Part shown: positions 9,465 to 18,959 of the stretch, one piece after another
Numbering within the stretch: the stretch's first letter is position 1
How the letters are laid out: the number at the start of each line of letters is the position of its first letter
The notes under the pieces: generated by a model
Told to the model about the DNA's origin: nothing
Database searches by the model: none
Seen by the model: the letters and a program-made list of their open reading frames with translations, nothing else
Assembly: GCA_965218095.1 (NCBI GenBank)
Contig: OZ244587.1
Span: forward strand, 608,001 to 672,000
Reading direction: 5' to 3'
Length of the DNA: 64,000 nt
From: Candidatus Poribacteria bacterium
GTDB taxonomy: Bacteria > Poribacteria > WGA-4E > PCPOR2b
Program-made: the position numbers and the translations under genes

Positions 9465-10301
9465 ATGAAACTCTCACTATCTGTTCGGGTTGCGGAAGCA
9501 CCCGGCTCCAAAGAAGAAACAATTCGATCTTTTGATAAAATCGCCGAGCTCGCTGCTCAGATCGGTTATCATGCCGTCTGTATGCGGGCATCGCAAGCGG
9601 GGATACAGACACCCCTCCAGCAAATCACAGCCCTCCGCAAGAAGGTTTGTGAACTTAACCTCGCCGTGTCAATGGTCACGGGCGATTTCCCGATTCCAAT
9701 GAATAACGATCAGGGCCCAGATGCCCTGCGAAATATTACGCCTTACTTGGATCTGACGGAGCTATTGGGTGCAGATCTGATTCGGATTGCGATGAAAAAG
9801 GAGGAGGACATCGCATGGGCGAAGCGTGCATCCGACGAAGCCCGTGAGCGGGGCATCCGATTGGCGCATCAGTCACACACACGAAGCCTTTTTGAAACGG
9901 TGGAGGGTTCAATTGATGTTCTCAAGCAAGTAGGGAGACAAAACTTTGGCATCATCTACGAGCCTGCGAATCTGGATCTTTGTGGACAGGACTACGGGGG
10001 CGAAACACTAAAGCGATTTTCGCCTTACTTGTTCAACATTTATCTCCAAAATCACATCCGGCGTTCTGATGGTAGGTCGCGTATTGAGACGTGGATTCGC
10101 GGGGCTGTGGCACACGATCCGATTCGCTTGCAAGATTCGGGAGGGATTGACTTTCCGGTCGTGTTTCAAGGGCTCGCAGAGATCGGCTACGATGGATATG
10201 TAACCGTACATCAAGCGTTCACCGAAATTATGACGCCGGAAGATGCCGCACAGCAGAGCTATGATTATTTGACGCAGCTTGCGAATTTTGAGGCGAGGTA
10301 A
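9465..10301 (+). CDS. Sugar phosphate isomerase/epimerase (AP endonuclease 2 TIM barrel)
   Basis: AGGAG RBS; LLGADLIRI, NFGIIYEPAN, GGIDF..VFQGLAEIGYDGYVTV. Confidence 0.75.
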   Translation: MKLSLSVRVAEAPGSKEETIRSFDKIAELAAQIGYHAVCMRASQAGIQTPLQQITALRKKVCELNLAVSMVTGDFPIPMNNDQGPDALRNITPYLDLTELLGADLIRIAMKKEEDIAWAKRASDEARERGIRLAHQSHTRSLFETVEGSIDVLKQVGRQNFGIIYEPANLDLCGQDYGGETLKRFSPYLFNIYLQNHIRRSDGRSRIETWIRGAVAHDPIRLQDSGGIDFPVVFQGLAEIGYDGYVTVHQAFTEIMTPEDAAQQSYDYLTQLANFEAR

Positions 10302-10372
10302 TGGTCTGTCAACTTTGGAATGACAAGCAGGAAGCGCATGACACCGTTCTCCGAGGATAGCTATTGACATGC

Positions 10373-11416
10373 CTAAACAGAAATTCCAACTTGCCGAGCG
10401 GTTTCCACCAGACGCTCCCATGTCACCTCATCAAGTGGGATGCCGTTTGCTAGTCGTTGACGGCGCGTGCGAGCCGAGCGTTCACCGGGAATCAAAATTT
10501 CATCGAAACCGGGTGCGGTCGGAGATGCTTTGACACAATTAATCAACTGTGCGACATGCGCTTCAAAATCCTCCATCGGTGTGAATTCCTCAATGTTGAT
10601 GACGATTGCAAGGAAGGCGTTGCCAAGCTTGGGTGCTGCCGGACGGCTGCAACCGGCTTCGCACATCGCACCGGCGAGAACATCCACCAGCAGACTCAAC
10701 CCGTAACCTTTGTGGCCGGCGATTTCACCGAATGGGAGCAGCGCGCCCTTCGGATCATCGAAATACGTGGCTGGATCGGTGCTCGGATCCCCCGCTGAGT
10801 CAATGACCCATCCTTCCGGCAGCGCCTCGCTCCGAGTGAGATACGCCCGAATCTTCCCACCGGCAACGACACTCGTTGTGAGGTCGATCACCATCGCCTC
10901 CTCCTGCCCTGTGGGAATTGCACACGCTATTGGATTGGTGCCGAGCCGCCGAGCGATTCCACCCCACGGCGCAACGCCCTGATCCGCTCCATGACCATTG
11001 ACGAACAGCAAGCCAATCATCTTTGCTTCGGCCGCCATCATCACATAATCCGCAAGACGCCCGCTGTGGTTGCAATTGTAGACATTTACCGTGCTGATGG
11101 CGTGTGCTTTCGCTTTCGCAATGGCAAGTTTCATCGCGTGCGTCGCGATGATTTGTCCCAATCCCCAGTGTCCATTGATGACTACGCTTGAAGGGGTTTC
11201 GGTGACAATCTCAATTTCCACATTCGGATCGATAGTCTTATTCTGAATGCCCAGAACATACTGTGGCAAACGCAAAACACCGTGCGAATCGTGTCCAGCA
11301 AGGTTCGCCTCGACGAGCAGATTCGCAATCGTTTGGGCTTTGTCCGCTGCAAGGCCGAGGGCTTTGAAGATGTCGATGCTGATGGTTCTGAGCCTATCCG
11401 CTGAAATCAGTGGCAT
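10373..11416 (-). CDS. Ldh_2 family oxidoreductase (malate/L-sulfolactate/ureidoglycolate dehydrogenase-like)
   Basis: GHDSHGVLRL, NHSGRLADY, LGTNPIA, GHKGYGL, ILIPGE. Confidence 0.9.
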   Translation of the reverse strand: MPLISADRLRTISIDIFKALGLAADKAQTIANLLVEANLAGHDSHGVLRLPQYVLGIQNKTIDPNVEIEIVTETPSSVVINGHWGLGQIIATHAMKLAIAKAKAHAISTVNVYNCNHSGRLADYVMMAAEAKMIGLLFVNGHGADQGVAPWGGIARRLGTNPIACAIPTGQEEAMVIDLTTSVVAGGKIRAYLTRSEALPEGWVIDSAGDPSTDPATYFDDPKGALLPFGEIAGHKGYGLSLLVDVLAGAMCEAGCSRPAAPKLGNAFLAIVINIEEFTPMEDFEAHVAQLINCVKASPTAPGFDEILIPGERSARTRRQRLANGIPLDEVTWERLVETARQVGISV

Positions 11417-11429
11417 GGTCTTTTGATGA

Positions 11430-12497
11430 CTAGTTGAGAACCTCATAGAAGAAATTCCGCTGCTTCGGGAGATACCCTAACTCGGTAATCGTCCGCTCGA
11501 TTTCCTCAATGGGCATGCAGTAGACCGTCCCCGCCTTGCTAACGACGTTCTCCTCGATCATCGTGCCGCCCATGTCGTTCGCCCCGAATTTGAGTGACAA
11601 TTGACCAATTTTAGGACCTTGAGTAACCCATGAGGATTGAAAGTTGTCAAAATTGTCGAGTATCAGTCGGGAGATCGCCAATGTCTTGAGATACTCAAAA
11701 CTTCCCGCGGGTGGGATATGTTCTAGGCGTGTGTACTTGGGTTGGAGCGACCAGCAGATGAAAGCCGTGAAGCCGCCTGTCTCGTCCTGCAACTCCCGCA
11801 GACGAAGGAGATGCTCGACACGCTCACCATAGCTTTCGACGTGTCCGTACATCATCGTTGCGCTTGAGCGGAGACCAACATAATGCCCCTGGCGCATCAC
11901 CTCCAGCCATTCATCCGATGTACATTTTTTCGGACTGATTTCGTTCCGGGCGTGATCGGTCAGGATCTCGCCGCCGCCGCCGGGGATCGAGTCTAAGCCA
12001 GCATCCCGCAACCGTATCAACGTATCTTCAAGGGTGAGCCGGTTGATTTTGGCAAACCAATCAAGCTCTGGCGGTGAGAAGCCATGAATGTGGACTTTAT
12101 AATTCGCCTTAATCCAGTGGAGGAGGTCTTCGTACCAATCGAGTTTAAGCTTGGGATGTAGCCCGCCCTGCATGAGGATGAGTACGCCGCCCAGATCTAT
12201 GGTTTCCTGGATTTTTTGCCCCAACTCCGCTTTGGACATCACATACGCATCGGGGTCGCTTTTGTGGCGATAAAAGGCGCAAAAATCGCAGTCGACATAG
12301 CACCAATTCGTGTAATTGATATTGCGATCAACGATATAGGTAATGTAGCCTTCCGGGTGCTTTTGCTGTCGAATCATATCAGCGGCCTGTCCAACTGACA
12401 GAAGATCATAACTTTTGAAAAGGGTCAGCCCGTCATCAAAATCCAAGCGTTCACCGGCTAGTGCCTTTTCCAAAATCGGTTGAAGGGTTGCATCCAT
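11430..12497 (-). CDS. mqnC: Cyclic dehypoxanthinyl futalosine synthase (radical SAM)
   Basis: YIVDRNINYTNWCYVDCDFCAF, GGGGEIL, QSSWVTQG, GANDMGGTMIEENVV. Confidence 0.88.
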   Translation of the reverse strand: MDATLQPILEKALAGERLDFDDGLTLFKSYDLLSVGQAADMIRQQKHPEGYITYIVDRNINYTNWCYVDCDFCAFYRHKSDPDAYVMSKAELGQKIQETIDLGGVLILMQGGLHPKLKLDWYEDLLHWIKANYKVHIHGFSPPELDWFAKINRLTLEDTLIRLRDAGLDSIPGGGGEILTDHARNEISPKKCTSDEWLEVMRQGHYVGLRSSATMMYGHVESYGERVEHLLRLRELQDETGGFTAFICWSLQPKYTRLEHIPPAGSFEYLKTLAISRLILDNFDNFQSSWVTQGPKIGQLSLKFGANDMGGTMIEENVVSKAGTVYCMPIEEIERTITELGYLPKQRNFFYEVLN

Positions 12498-12757
12498 ATT
12501 TCTCAATTTCCTCGTTTCATCGTGTAGGGTTTTCTCTTATTTGATAGGCCATGACAAAGTTCCGCAACGTCTATTTGACGGCACATTTCTTTCGCGTTAT
12601 TGTACCACTTTCATAAATCAACGTCAACTCAAGTTTCATGGTTTTCCAACCTACGAAAGGTTACGGCGGATTTGGGGCACCGATAGTGTTTCGGAGATTT
12701 TATCGGGGCACAATACAACCTTACTGCTGTCCTGTCGGATTCTGGAAGCAAGTTAAG

Positions 12758-14278
12758 TTAATTTCCCTTGCCTAATAGTCCGCGGGCTGTCTTGATTAGA
12801 GTTCCCTCAGCAAGCCATTTTCCGGCGACCTGCCAAACGATGCTCGAAAACGTCGGATAAACATGGATGACCCCACCCAACTTCCACAGCGGGATGCCTT
12901 CCTTCATTGCCAAAACGAACTCGTGGATGACTTCTCCCGCGTTTGGTCCGACGAGGTGGACGCCTAAGATCTTGCCTGTCCACTTCGTTGCGACGACCTT
13001 GATAAACCCTTTCGTCTCTCCCTCCGCGACAGCACGATCGACATCGTGAAGGTCTACAGTGAAAACATCAACATCCCCGTGTTTCTGGCGTGCCTCATCC
13101 TCAGCCAGTCCGCACCGTGCAACCTCCGGATCGCAGAATGTCGTCCAAGGCACGACGGAATAACTGATGGCGCTGGAACCGGGAAAGAACATATTGCGGA
13201 CAATCTGCGTTGCTTGAAACGCCGCGACGTGTGTAAAGAGGTAGTGTCCAATCACATCGCCGGCGGCGTAGATGTTTTTGATAGCTGTCTGCAATTTGTT
13301 GTTGACTTCAATTCTGCCTTTCCCGGCCTTGACGCCAATCGCTTCAAGTCCCAACCCTTCGATATTCGCCTTCCGCCCCGCTGCAATCAAGATCTGATCA
13401 ACGGCAATCTCACGTTCATCTGCTGCATCACCTGCCTTGAGTCTAACCCGATAATGCCCTGGCGTTGGCGCGTGATGTTCTGTCTGTCGAGCCAGATCTG
13501 GATTGAGGTCTGTGACCCCGCTACGCGGGATTTCGCTTCGCTCAACCTGAACCGGATTGGTGTTGAGGAGAATTTCAATCCCTTCTTCCTGAAGATACCC
13601 CAACATTTTCTCGGAGACTTCAGCGTCCTCCTTCGTAAGGATTCGACTGCCGCGTTGGGCGATTGTCACCTGCGTACCCAAACGATGAAAGGCTTGCCCC
13701 AATTCGATACCGATGGGACCGGCCCCCACCACCAATAGCTTTTGAGGGAGTTGATCTAGCTCCCACACATTCTCGCTGTCCAAATAACGGATCGAATCAA
13801 TGCCGGGGATTGGCGGCACAGTCGGGCGAGAGCCGGTCGTGATGACAAATTTTCTGCTCTTGAGCGCAGTAGTTTGGCCGCTCTCCACATCTTCGACCAC
13901 GAAGGTTGTTGGAGACTCGAAGTGTCCATCCCCGAAGATGACCGCCACACCCATTTCGCGGAATCGTTCCGGATTATCGTGTTCTCTCTCGATTGTGTGT
14001 TGGGCGCCCCGGACGTGCTGCATGACACGCTCAAAATCCACATGAGCGTCTTTCACCAGGACACCGTACTTGTCAGCTTCTTTCATGTAATGGGCGACCT
14101 TCGCGGATTTGAGGATGGCTTTCGACGGCACACACCCCGTCCACAGGCAATCGCCCCCCAGGCGATGCTTTTCAACAAGGGCGGTCTTCTTGCCTAGCTT
14201 TGTACCTGCCACAGCTAGAACGAGCCCTGCACTCCCTCCACCGATGATTGTCAAATCATATTCGCCCATCCGGTTCAT
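12758..14278 (-). CDS. FAD-dependent pyridine nucleotide-disulfide oxidoreductase (LpdA/MerA-like)
   Basis: GGGSAG, GGDCLWTGCVPSK redox disulfide, GAGPIG, IHVYPT; no C-terminal Cys pair. Confidence 0.85.
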   Translation of the reverse strand: MNRMGEYDLTIIGGGSAGLVLAVAGTKLGKKTALVEKHRLGGDCLWTGCVPSKAILKSAKVAHYMKEADKYGVLVKDAHVDFERVMQHVRGAQHTIEREHDNPERFREMGVAVIFGDGHFESPTTFVVEDVESGQTTALKSRKFVITTGSRPTVPPIPGIDSIRYLDSENVWELDQLPQKLLVVGAGPIGIELGQAFHRLGTQVTIAQRGSRILTKEDAEVSEKMLGYLQEEGIEILLNTNPVQVERSEIPRSGVTDLNPDLARQTEHHAPTPGHYRVRLKAGDAADEREIAVDQILIAAGRKANIEGLGLEAIGVKAGKGRIEVNNKLQTAIKNIYAAGDVIGHYLFTHVAAFQATQIVRNMFFPGSSAISYSVVPWTTFCDPEVARCGLAEDEARQKHGDVDVFTVDLHDVDRAVAEGETKGFIKVVATKWTGKILGVHLVGPNAGEVIHEFVLAMKEGIPLWKLGGVIHVYPTFSSIVWQVAGKWLAEGTLIKTARGLLGKGN

Positions 14279-14299
14279 ATTTCTAGGTTATGGTCCTTC

Positions 14300-15340
14300 C
14301 TATGGATAGTTATACAAATTGTCCGTTTCATGGGATGGTTCTTGAGAGGATTGCTGGTTCAACTGGAATTCTCGAAGGATACAATTGACAATCTCCTCGC
14401 TATAGGCCTGGGCGTGGATACGGTTCTGATTGGCTTCCCACGCCATTCGCGCCGCAGCCTCAAAATATTCGGCATGTTTATAGGCATCTAAAATATCGGG
14501 GCCGCGGGAAAGCGTGCCATGTCCAACCCAATAGAGGATGTAACGCATTTCACCCCGTTGATCTGATGGGAGGTCTTCCACCTTAAAGAGACGCAAACTT
14601 TCGTAGGAAAGTTCAGGAATGCCCGGCGCTCGCTCTCGTACAAAACCGATTCCACCACATTTGTTGTACATAATCGGGGTTTCTGGCTCGTATCCTTTCA
14701 GAAAATCGTAAAATCGTGACGCTTCCCCGTGCTCACTGCGAGAGATCAGATTCAAAAACTTCGGCTGTAGATGCACCAATGCTTTGAAACCGTGTGCTTC
14801 GAGTTGATCAAAGATCAGCATATAGTGAAACATCTCGCTTGTTGGTTTAGGGGGCTTCATCCCCGCCTCGTTGAGCGCGGAAATCAATGGCGTACCGAAA
14901 CGCATACGGTAATGCACACCATCGTCTTCCACTTCAACAATCGTCAAATTGAGCGACGGATGTTCCAGTACAATCATATCCAATCGTGAACCGGACTTTG
15001 TTAAGAGCACGTGTCGCCCCGCCAACCCTTTCACAGTAATCGCAGGGGGCAACATGTAGCGCGGGGATTCATCGCGTGGGAGCAGGCAGTCTTCATCTAC
15101 CACATCAGATAAAATTGCGCCCATGTTGCCCGCTGAAGCCCATAGATAGCCATGCGCATGGGCATGATTCCCTGTCCAACCCATCTGTCCGATGAGCACC
15201 CCTAATTCACTGTCGGAGGAGATTGGCTGCAGGCTTGATTGATATCCTCGTTTAACCCACTGCCGGTGACGGTAGCTCTTGGCAGGCGGAGGGGATAATT
15301 CGTCAGTCAAGTAAGCATTTGCTAACGTGAATCCATGCAT
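14300..15340 (-). CDS. Class II aldolase, rhamnulose-1-phosphate aldolase-like
   Basis: W..SAGN, KPTSE, ALVHLQP and WVGHG align with RhaD-type motifs. Confidence 0.55.
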   Translation of the reverse strand: MHGFTLANAYLTDELSPPPAKSYRHRQWVKRGYQSSLQPISSDSELGVLIGQMGWTGNHAHAHGYLWASAGNMGAILSDVVDEDCLLPRDESPRYMLPPAITVKGLAGRHVLLTKSGSRLDMIVLEHPSLNLTIVEVEDDGVHYRMRFGTPLISALNEAGMKPPKPTSEMFHYMLIFDQLEAHGFKALVHLQPKFLNLISRSEHGEASRFYDFLKGYEPETPIMYNKCGGIGFVRERAPGIPELSYESLRLFKVEDLPSDQRGEMRYILYWVGHGTLSRGPDILDAYKHAEYFEAAARMAWEANQNRIHAQAYSEEIVNCILREFQLNQQSSQEPSHETDNLYNYP

Positions 15341-15403
15341 AATGATTCGCTCCTCATTCTTCCGCCCTTATGACTCGGATGTTATCTTGACTTTGTCACA
15401 TTT

Positions 15404-15537
15404 GCCCCTCGTCCCCCAATTCCCCGATGGATCGGAACTTCAGGAGTTTTTGCGGCTCTCCTCTTCCCCCCAAAGTTGGGGGGATTGAGGTCTCAGACTC
15501 TCGGTCGAAGACCGGAAGGAGTGGGGGCCGGGGGACA
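15404..15537. repeat. Composite C-rich/G-rich palindromic (REP/MITE-like) element
   Basis: cccctcgtccccca...ccccccaaagttgggggg...gggggccgggggac, with an embedded cccgatggatcgga. Confidence 0.5.
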
Positions 15538-15672
15538 AACCACTTTCTTTTTGAAAATTACTTATGTGCCTATACACCAGTTTTTACATATCTTCTCGGT
15601 CTGTATGACACTTTCAGCGCAGGGTAGCAAGCCCACGATCAGGGTCGTGGATTTGGTGGGTCATGCCGTGTG

Positions 15673-16827
15673 TCACTGTCTCAGACGTTCAAACTCTGTT
15701 GAGAGCCAGTCCCAGTACGGACGGGGCGTTTCAGTCGGCAGTTCTAACGCTGCTTCCCTTCGCCAGTGATGTAACGGATGCTCCCGATTTTCTTGCGGGA
15801 GCGCTACACGCCTACCATAAGCTGCGGACTCAAAAATTCCCATCATGATTTCGATGACGTGACGCCCTTCTAAGCCGTTGCATTCATGCTCTCGCCCCTC
15901 ATCGAGGGCGCGGACGTATTCCTCAACAAACCAGTAGTCAGCTTCTGACGCGCTTATGTTCGGATCATAGTGTTCGGGGTAGATGGGCACCAACGCTTCC
16001 CAGCGGTCAAGCGTTCCATCCGGGACGAAATGGGGTTGCGGCAGATGCCACGCTCTATCCCCTCTCCAGAACAAACGTCCCTCACTGCCGTAAAGCTCCA
16101 GTGCATAAGCAGACGAATCCATCTGATCGAAGCGGTGCTGGAGAAGCGTCCCGGTTACGTTGTTATCGAATTGTAGCGCTGCGGTGATGTGCTCACAGGC
16201 GATTGTTCCCATGCCACTGGGCGATGGCACGATATCCTCTGGGGTGATTGGATGCCCACCCGTCGTCGCTTGCGTGATCACACTGCGGCAATGCCCTCCA
16301 AATCTGAGCATGTTGTTAATCATGTGTGTGCCGATGTTCATCAAGCCATAGCCGCCGTAGTATCCCTTGCCGCTGCCATAGATGTATCGGAGGTCACCGA
16401 TTTTTCCTTCCAAGAACGCACGTCCAATCGCTTGCATCGGTGCGCCAACCCGCCCCTGATGATGCACAGCGGTCCGCACACCTTTCTCCTTCGCCTTCGC
16501 AATAACGGCGTCGGCTTGTATCAGATCGACGCACATCGGCTTTTCGACTTCGATGTTGACCCCGTGTTCTAGAACGCGCATACACAGGTCATAGTGGAAT
16601 TCCGTCCCCGTTGGGATTGCGACGATGTCTGGTTTGGTTTGGCGAATCATCTCGTCCAGATCGGTGAAACGCGCAGACACGCCAACCTCATCTCCAAGTG
16701 TGTTCAGTCGCTCTTCGACGAGGTCGCAAAGCCCAACAATCTCTGTTCGTGGATGGGCATGATAACCTCTTGCGGCTGCTGTCCCACGCCCTCGACACCC
16801 TAAAATATTGACACGGTATGTTTTCAT
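15673..16827 (-). CDS. Gfo/Idh/MocA family oxidoreductase
   Basis: LGCRGRG Rossmann fold, VEKPM, GTHMI; GGAGG RBS. Confidence 0.88.
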   Translation of the reverse strand: MKTYRVNILGCRGRGTAAARGYHAHPRTEIVGLCDLVEERLNTLGDEVGVSARFTDLDEMIRQTKPDIVAIPTGTEFHYDLCMRVLEHGVNIEVEKPMCVDLIQADAVIAKAKEKGVRTAVHHQGRVGAPMQAIGRAFLEGKIGDLRYIYGSGKGYYGGYGLMNIGTHMINNMLRFGGHCRSVITQATTGGHPITPEDIVPSPSGMGTIACEHITAALQFDNNVTGTLLQHRFDQMDSSAYALELYGSEGRLFWRGDRAWHLPQPHFVPDGTLDRWEALVPIYPEHYDPNISASEADYWFVEEYVRALDEGREHECNGLEGRHVIEIMMGIFESAAYGRRVALPQENREHPLHHWRREAALELPTETPRPYWDWLSTEFERLRQ

Positions 16828-16874
16828 TTTTGCCTCCTTGTTAAGCCTATCTATCTGAAACCTCAAATCCAGTT

Positions 16875-17999
16875 TCAGCCGCCCTTGACTTTGTAACTCA
16901 GAATCGTTACAAGGATATAAGCCCCTATCAGTATCAGTCCGAATGGGCGTTTTAATCTGTCGCCGGACATAAAGACTCCGACGCGAAAAACAATCAAGAT
17001 GAATAACATTGTTGGGAAAAGTATGTGGAAAAAATGTACCGGAGCGATTAACCCGCCGCTCGTTACGGAGGCAGACGCACCAGCGACAAAAAGTACGTTG
17101 AGAATATCAGCGCCGATTATGTTTCCCACCGCAAGTTCGCCATGTCCCCTTCTTGCAGCAGTCACTGCGGTCACAAATTCTGGCAGGGAAGTTCCGAACG
17201 CCACCAATGTTGCAGCAATGATGCTTTCGGGGACATTCACTCTTTTGGCAACAATTTTAACCACCGGAATCAGAACCGATGAAGCAGCGACAACCAATAC
17301 AATGCCAAACACCAATTTGATGACGACAAGAAACGTATTGGCAGATTCGTCGTGGCTTTGATCCGCTTCCATCGTGCCGCCGGAATCGCGTGACCAGCGA
17401 ATTGACTGCCACATATAGGCAACAAGCAGGACCAGGAAAACAAATCCTATCACTCGTGGGAGACGCCCACCATCCGAAAAGGTTGTTCCTAATGAACCAA
17501 AGGGCAGGCATGCGATAACCAGCAAAAAACCCGCTCCCAGTTGCAGCCACCCCTGGCGATTGACAATTTTTCGATTGAGTGGCAAGGGGGCAATCAGCGC
17601 AGCTGTGCCGAGGATGAGTCCTGTGTCGCAGATAATTGACCCCACTGCGTTGCCGAGTGCGATCCCCGGATCGCCCTGGATAGCAGCAAGCACTGAGACG
17701 GCGGCTTCAGGCGTCGTCGTCCCAAGGCTCACAATTGTCGCTCCGATTAGTGTCTGCGGGATGCCCCATTGAGTTGAAAGGGTAACGGCTTCCTCAACCA
17801 GTATGTCAGCCCCCTTCCCAAGAAGATAAAGGGTGACCGCAATGATGGCAAAGAGCCAAACCATATGGAGATTTCCAATCTTGGATTCAATCCAGCCTTC
17901 TAACCCATGAGCACCATCTGTATCGCCAGAGTCGCCAGAAGCGGTAAGACTAAAAGCAATGACTAAAAAGATTAAACAACAGAGTAATTTACGTTTCAT
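16875..17999 (-). CDS. Sodium:calcium antiporter (YrbG/NCX family)
   Basis: Two alpha repeats, GTTTPE...GNAVGS and GTSLPE...GNIIGA; multiple TM segments. Confidence 0.9.
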   Translation of the reverse strand: MKRKLLCCLIFLVIAFSLTASGDSGDTDGAHGLEGWIESKIGNLHMVWLFAIIAVTLYLLGKGADILVEEAVTLSTQWGIPQTLIGATIVSLGTTTPEAAVSVLAAIQGDPGIALGNAVGSIICDTGLILGTAALIAPLPLNRKIVNRQGWLQLGAGFLLVIACLPFGSLGTTFSDGGRLPRVIGFVFLVLLVAYMWQSIRWSRDSGGTMEADQSHDESANTFLVVIKLVFGIVLVVAASSVLIPVVKIVAKRVNVPESIIAATLVAFGTSLPEFVTAVTAARRGHGELAVGNIIGADILNVLFVAGASASVTSGGLIAPVHFFHILFPTMLFILIVFRVGVFMSGDRLKRPFGLILIGAYILVTILSYKVKGG

Positions 18000-18053
18000 T
18001 GTCTCCTCATCATAAAATTATGGCTTATGTCAAAAGAAAGTGCAAAGCGCGAA

Positions 18054-18087
18054 GAGAAACCGAGTTTTTTGGAAAAACTCGGTTTCT
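18054..18087. repeat. Intergenic palindrome
   Basis: agaaaccgagtttttt-gg-aaaaactcggtttct. Confidence 0.55.
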
Positions 18088-18126
18088 GTCGCACGATTTC
18101 TTAACATAAACCTATGGTTAAAGTAA

Positions 18127-18149
18127 GTAGTAGCGCAATTCAACCCGCG
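18127..18149 (+). repeat. GTAG-type REP family 'GTAGTCGCGCAATTCA..GCGCG'; other copies at 27229-27251 and 56031-56073 (minus)
   Basis: Three related copies, each with a GTAG tetranucleotide at the foot of a hairpin. Confidence 0.55.
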
Positions 18150-18395
18150 TTCTTCCGAGAGGTGTTCGGAAATTTCATAGTTTTCATACCTTTTCCGAGT
18201 AAACGGGCGTATTTGATAGAGACAAAAAAAGGTTGAAAACTCGCACTGGAACTGGTTTCTGGGCGGTTTGTACAGGAAAGCGCTCGGAGCTGACCTTGGA
18301 AAAAGCCTTCTTCTCAAGGAGGAGAATTTTGTAGATTTTCTCTAAAAAATCAATACCCAATCCCCGTCAGTGCGAAAGAAACCATCTCCGGTCCC

Positions 18396-18421
18396 GTTGG
18401 CGGGGCATCCTGCCCCGCCAA
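18396..18421 (+). repeat. REP flanking RAYT (3' side)
   Basis: GTTGGCGGGGCATCCTGCCCCGCCAA hairpin. Confidence 0.75.
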
Positions 18422-18425
18422 TTCG

Positions 18426-18899
18426 CTACTCCATCTTAAATTTACACCACCAATACGGATAATCCCTCGCCCATTTAACCAAACCCTGCCGAACAGGGTT
18501 CTCATAGCAATATCGTATAATCTCATTCAACGATTCCTTCCCCCGAACCCCACGATCATAATATCCCTCCTGCCATACGGAACCAGTTTCACCACACAGC
18601 ACGTTAATCTCTCTTACTGTGAAACTCTTGAAGGAATGCATGATGCTTGCTAGCGTTTGATTACAACCCAGTTGGATAACCGCATGAATATGGTCAGGCA
18701 TTATCATAATACATATCCACCTGATGCGGTCTTCATTTTCCAGCCATTGGAAGGCATCGAAAATGATTTGTGCAACTTGGGGGAGTGAGAGGAGGCGTCT
18801 CCGTTTGAATGTGGTAGTCGTTAAAAAGTAGTATGTACCAGATATTGCATGCCGTCCTTTTCGTAATTGATGGCTTTTTCGGTTTGGAAGGGGGTTCAC
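18426..18899 (-). mobile_element. REP-associated tyrosine transposase (RAYT/TnpA-REP, Y1 HUH)
   Basis: YFLTTTT, MPDHIH (HUH), SFKSFT, WQEGYYDRGVR, YCYENPV; flanked by inverted REPs. Confidence 0.9.
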
Positions 18900-18926
18900 G
18901 GTTTATCCTTTGAGTCATATGTCGGC

Positions 18927-18954
18927 GTAAGGCGGGGCAAGATGCCCCGCCTAC
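18927..18954 (-). repeat. REP flanking RAYT (5' side)
   Basis: Reverse complement GTAGGCGGGGCATCTTGCCCCGCCTTAC; same hairpin as 18396-18421, inverted. Confidence 0.8.
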
Positions 18955-18959
18955 GTGTC

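Noticed and set aside
12758-14278. Mercuric reductase merA
   Set aside because: It lacks the C-terminal Cys-Cys pair and the N-terminal metal-binding domain, and there is no mer operon.
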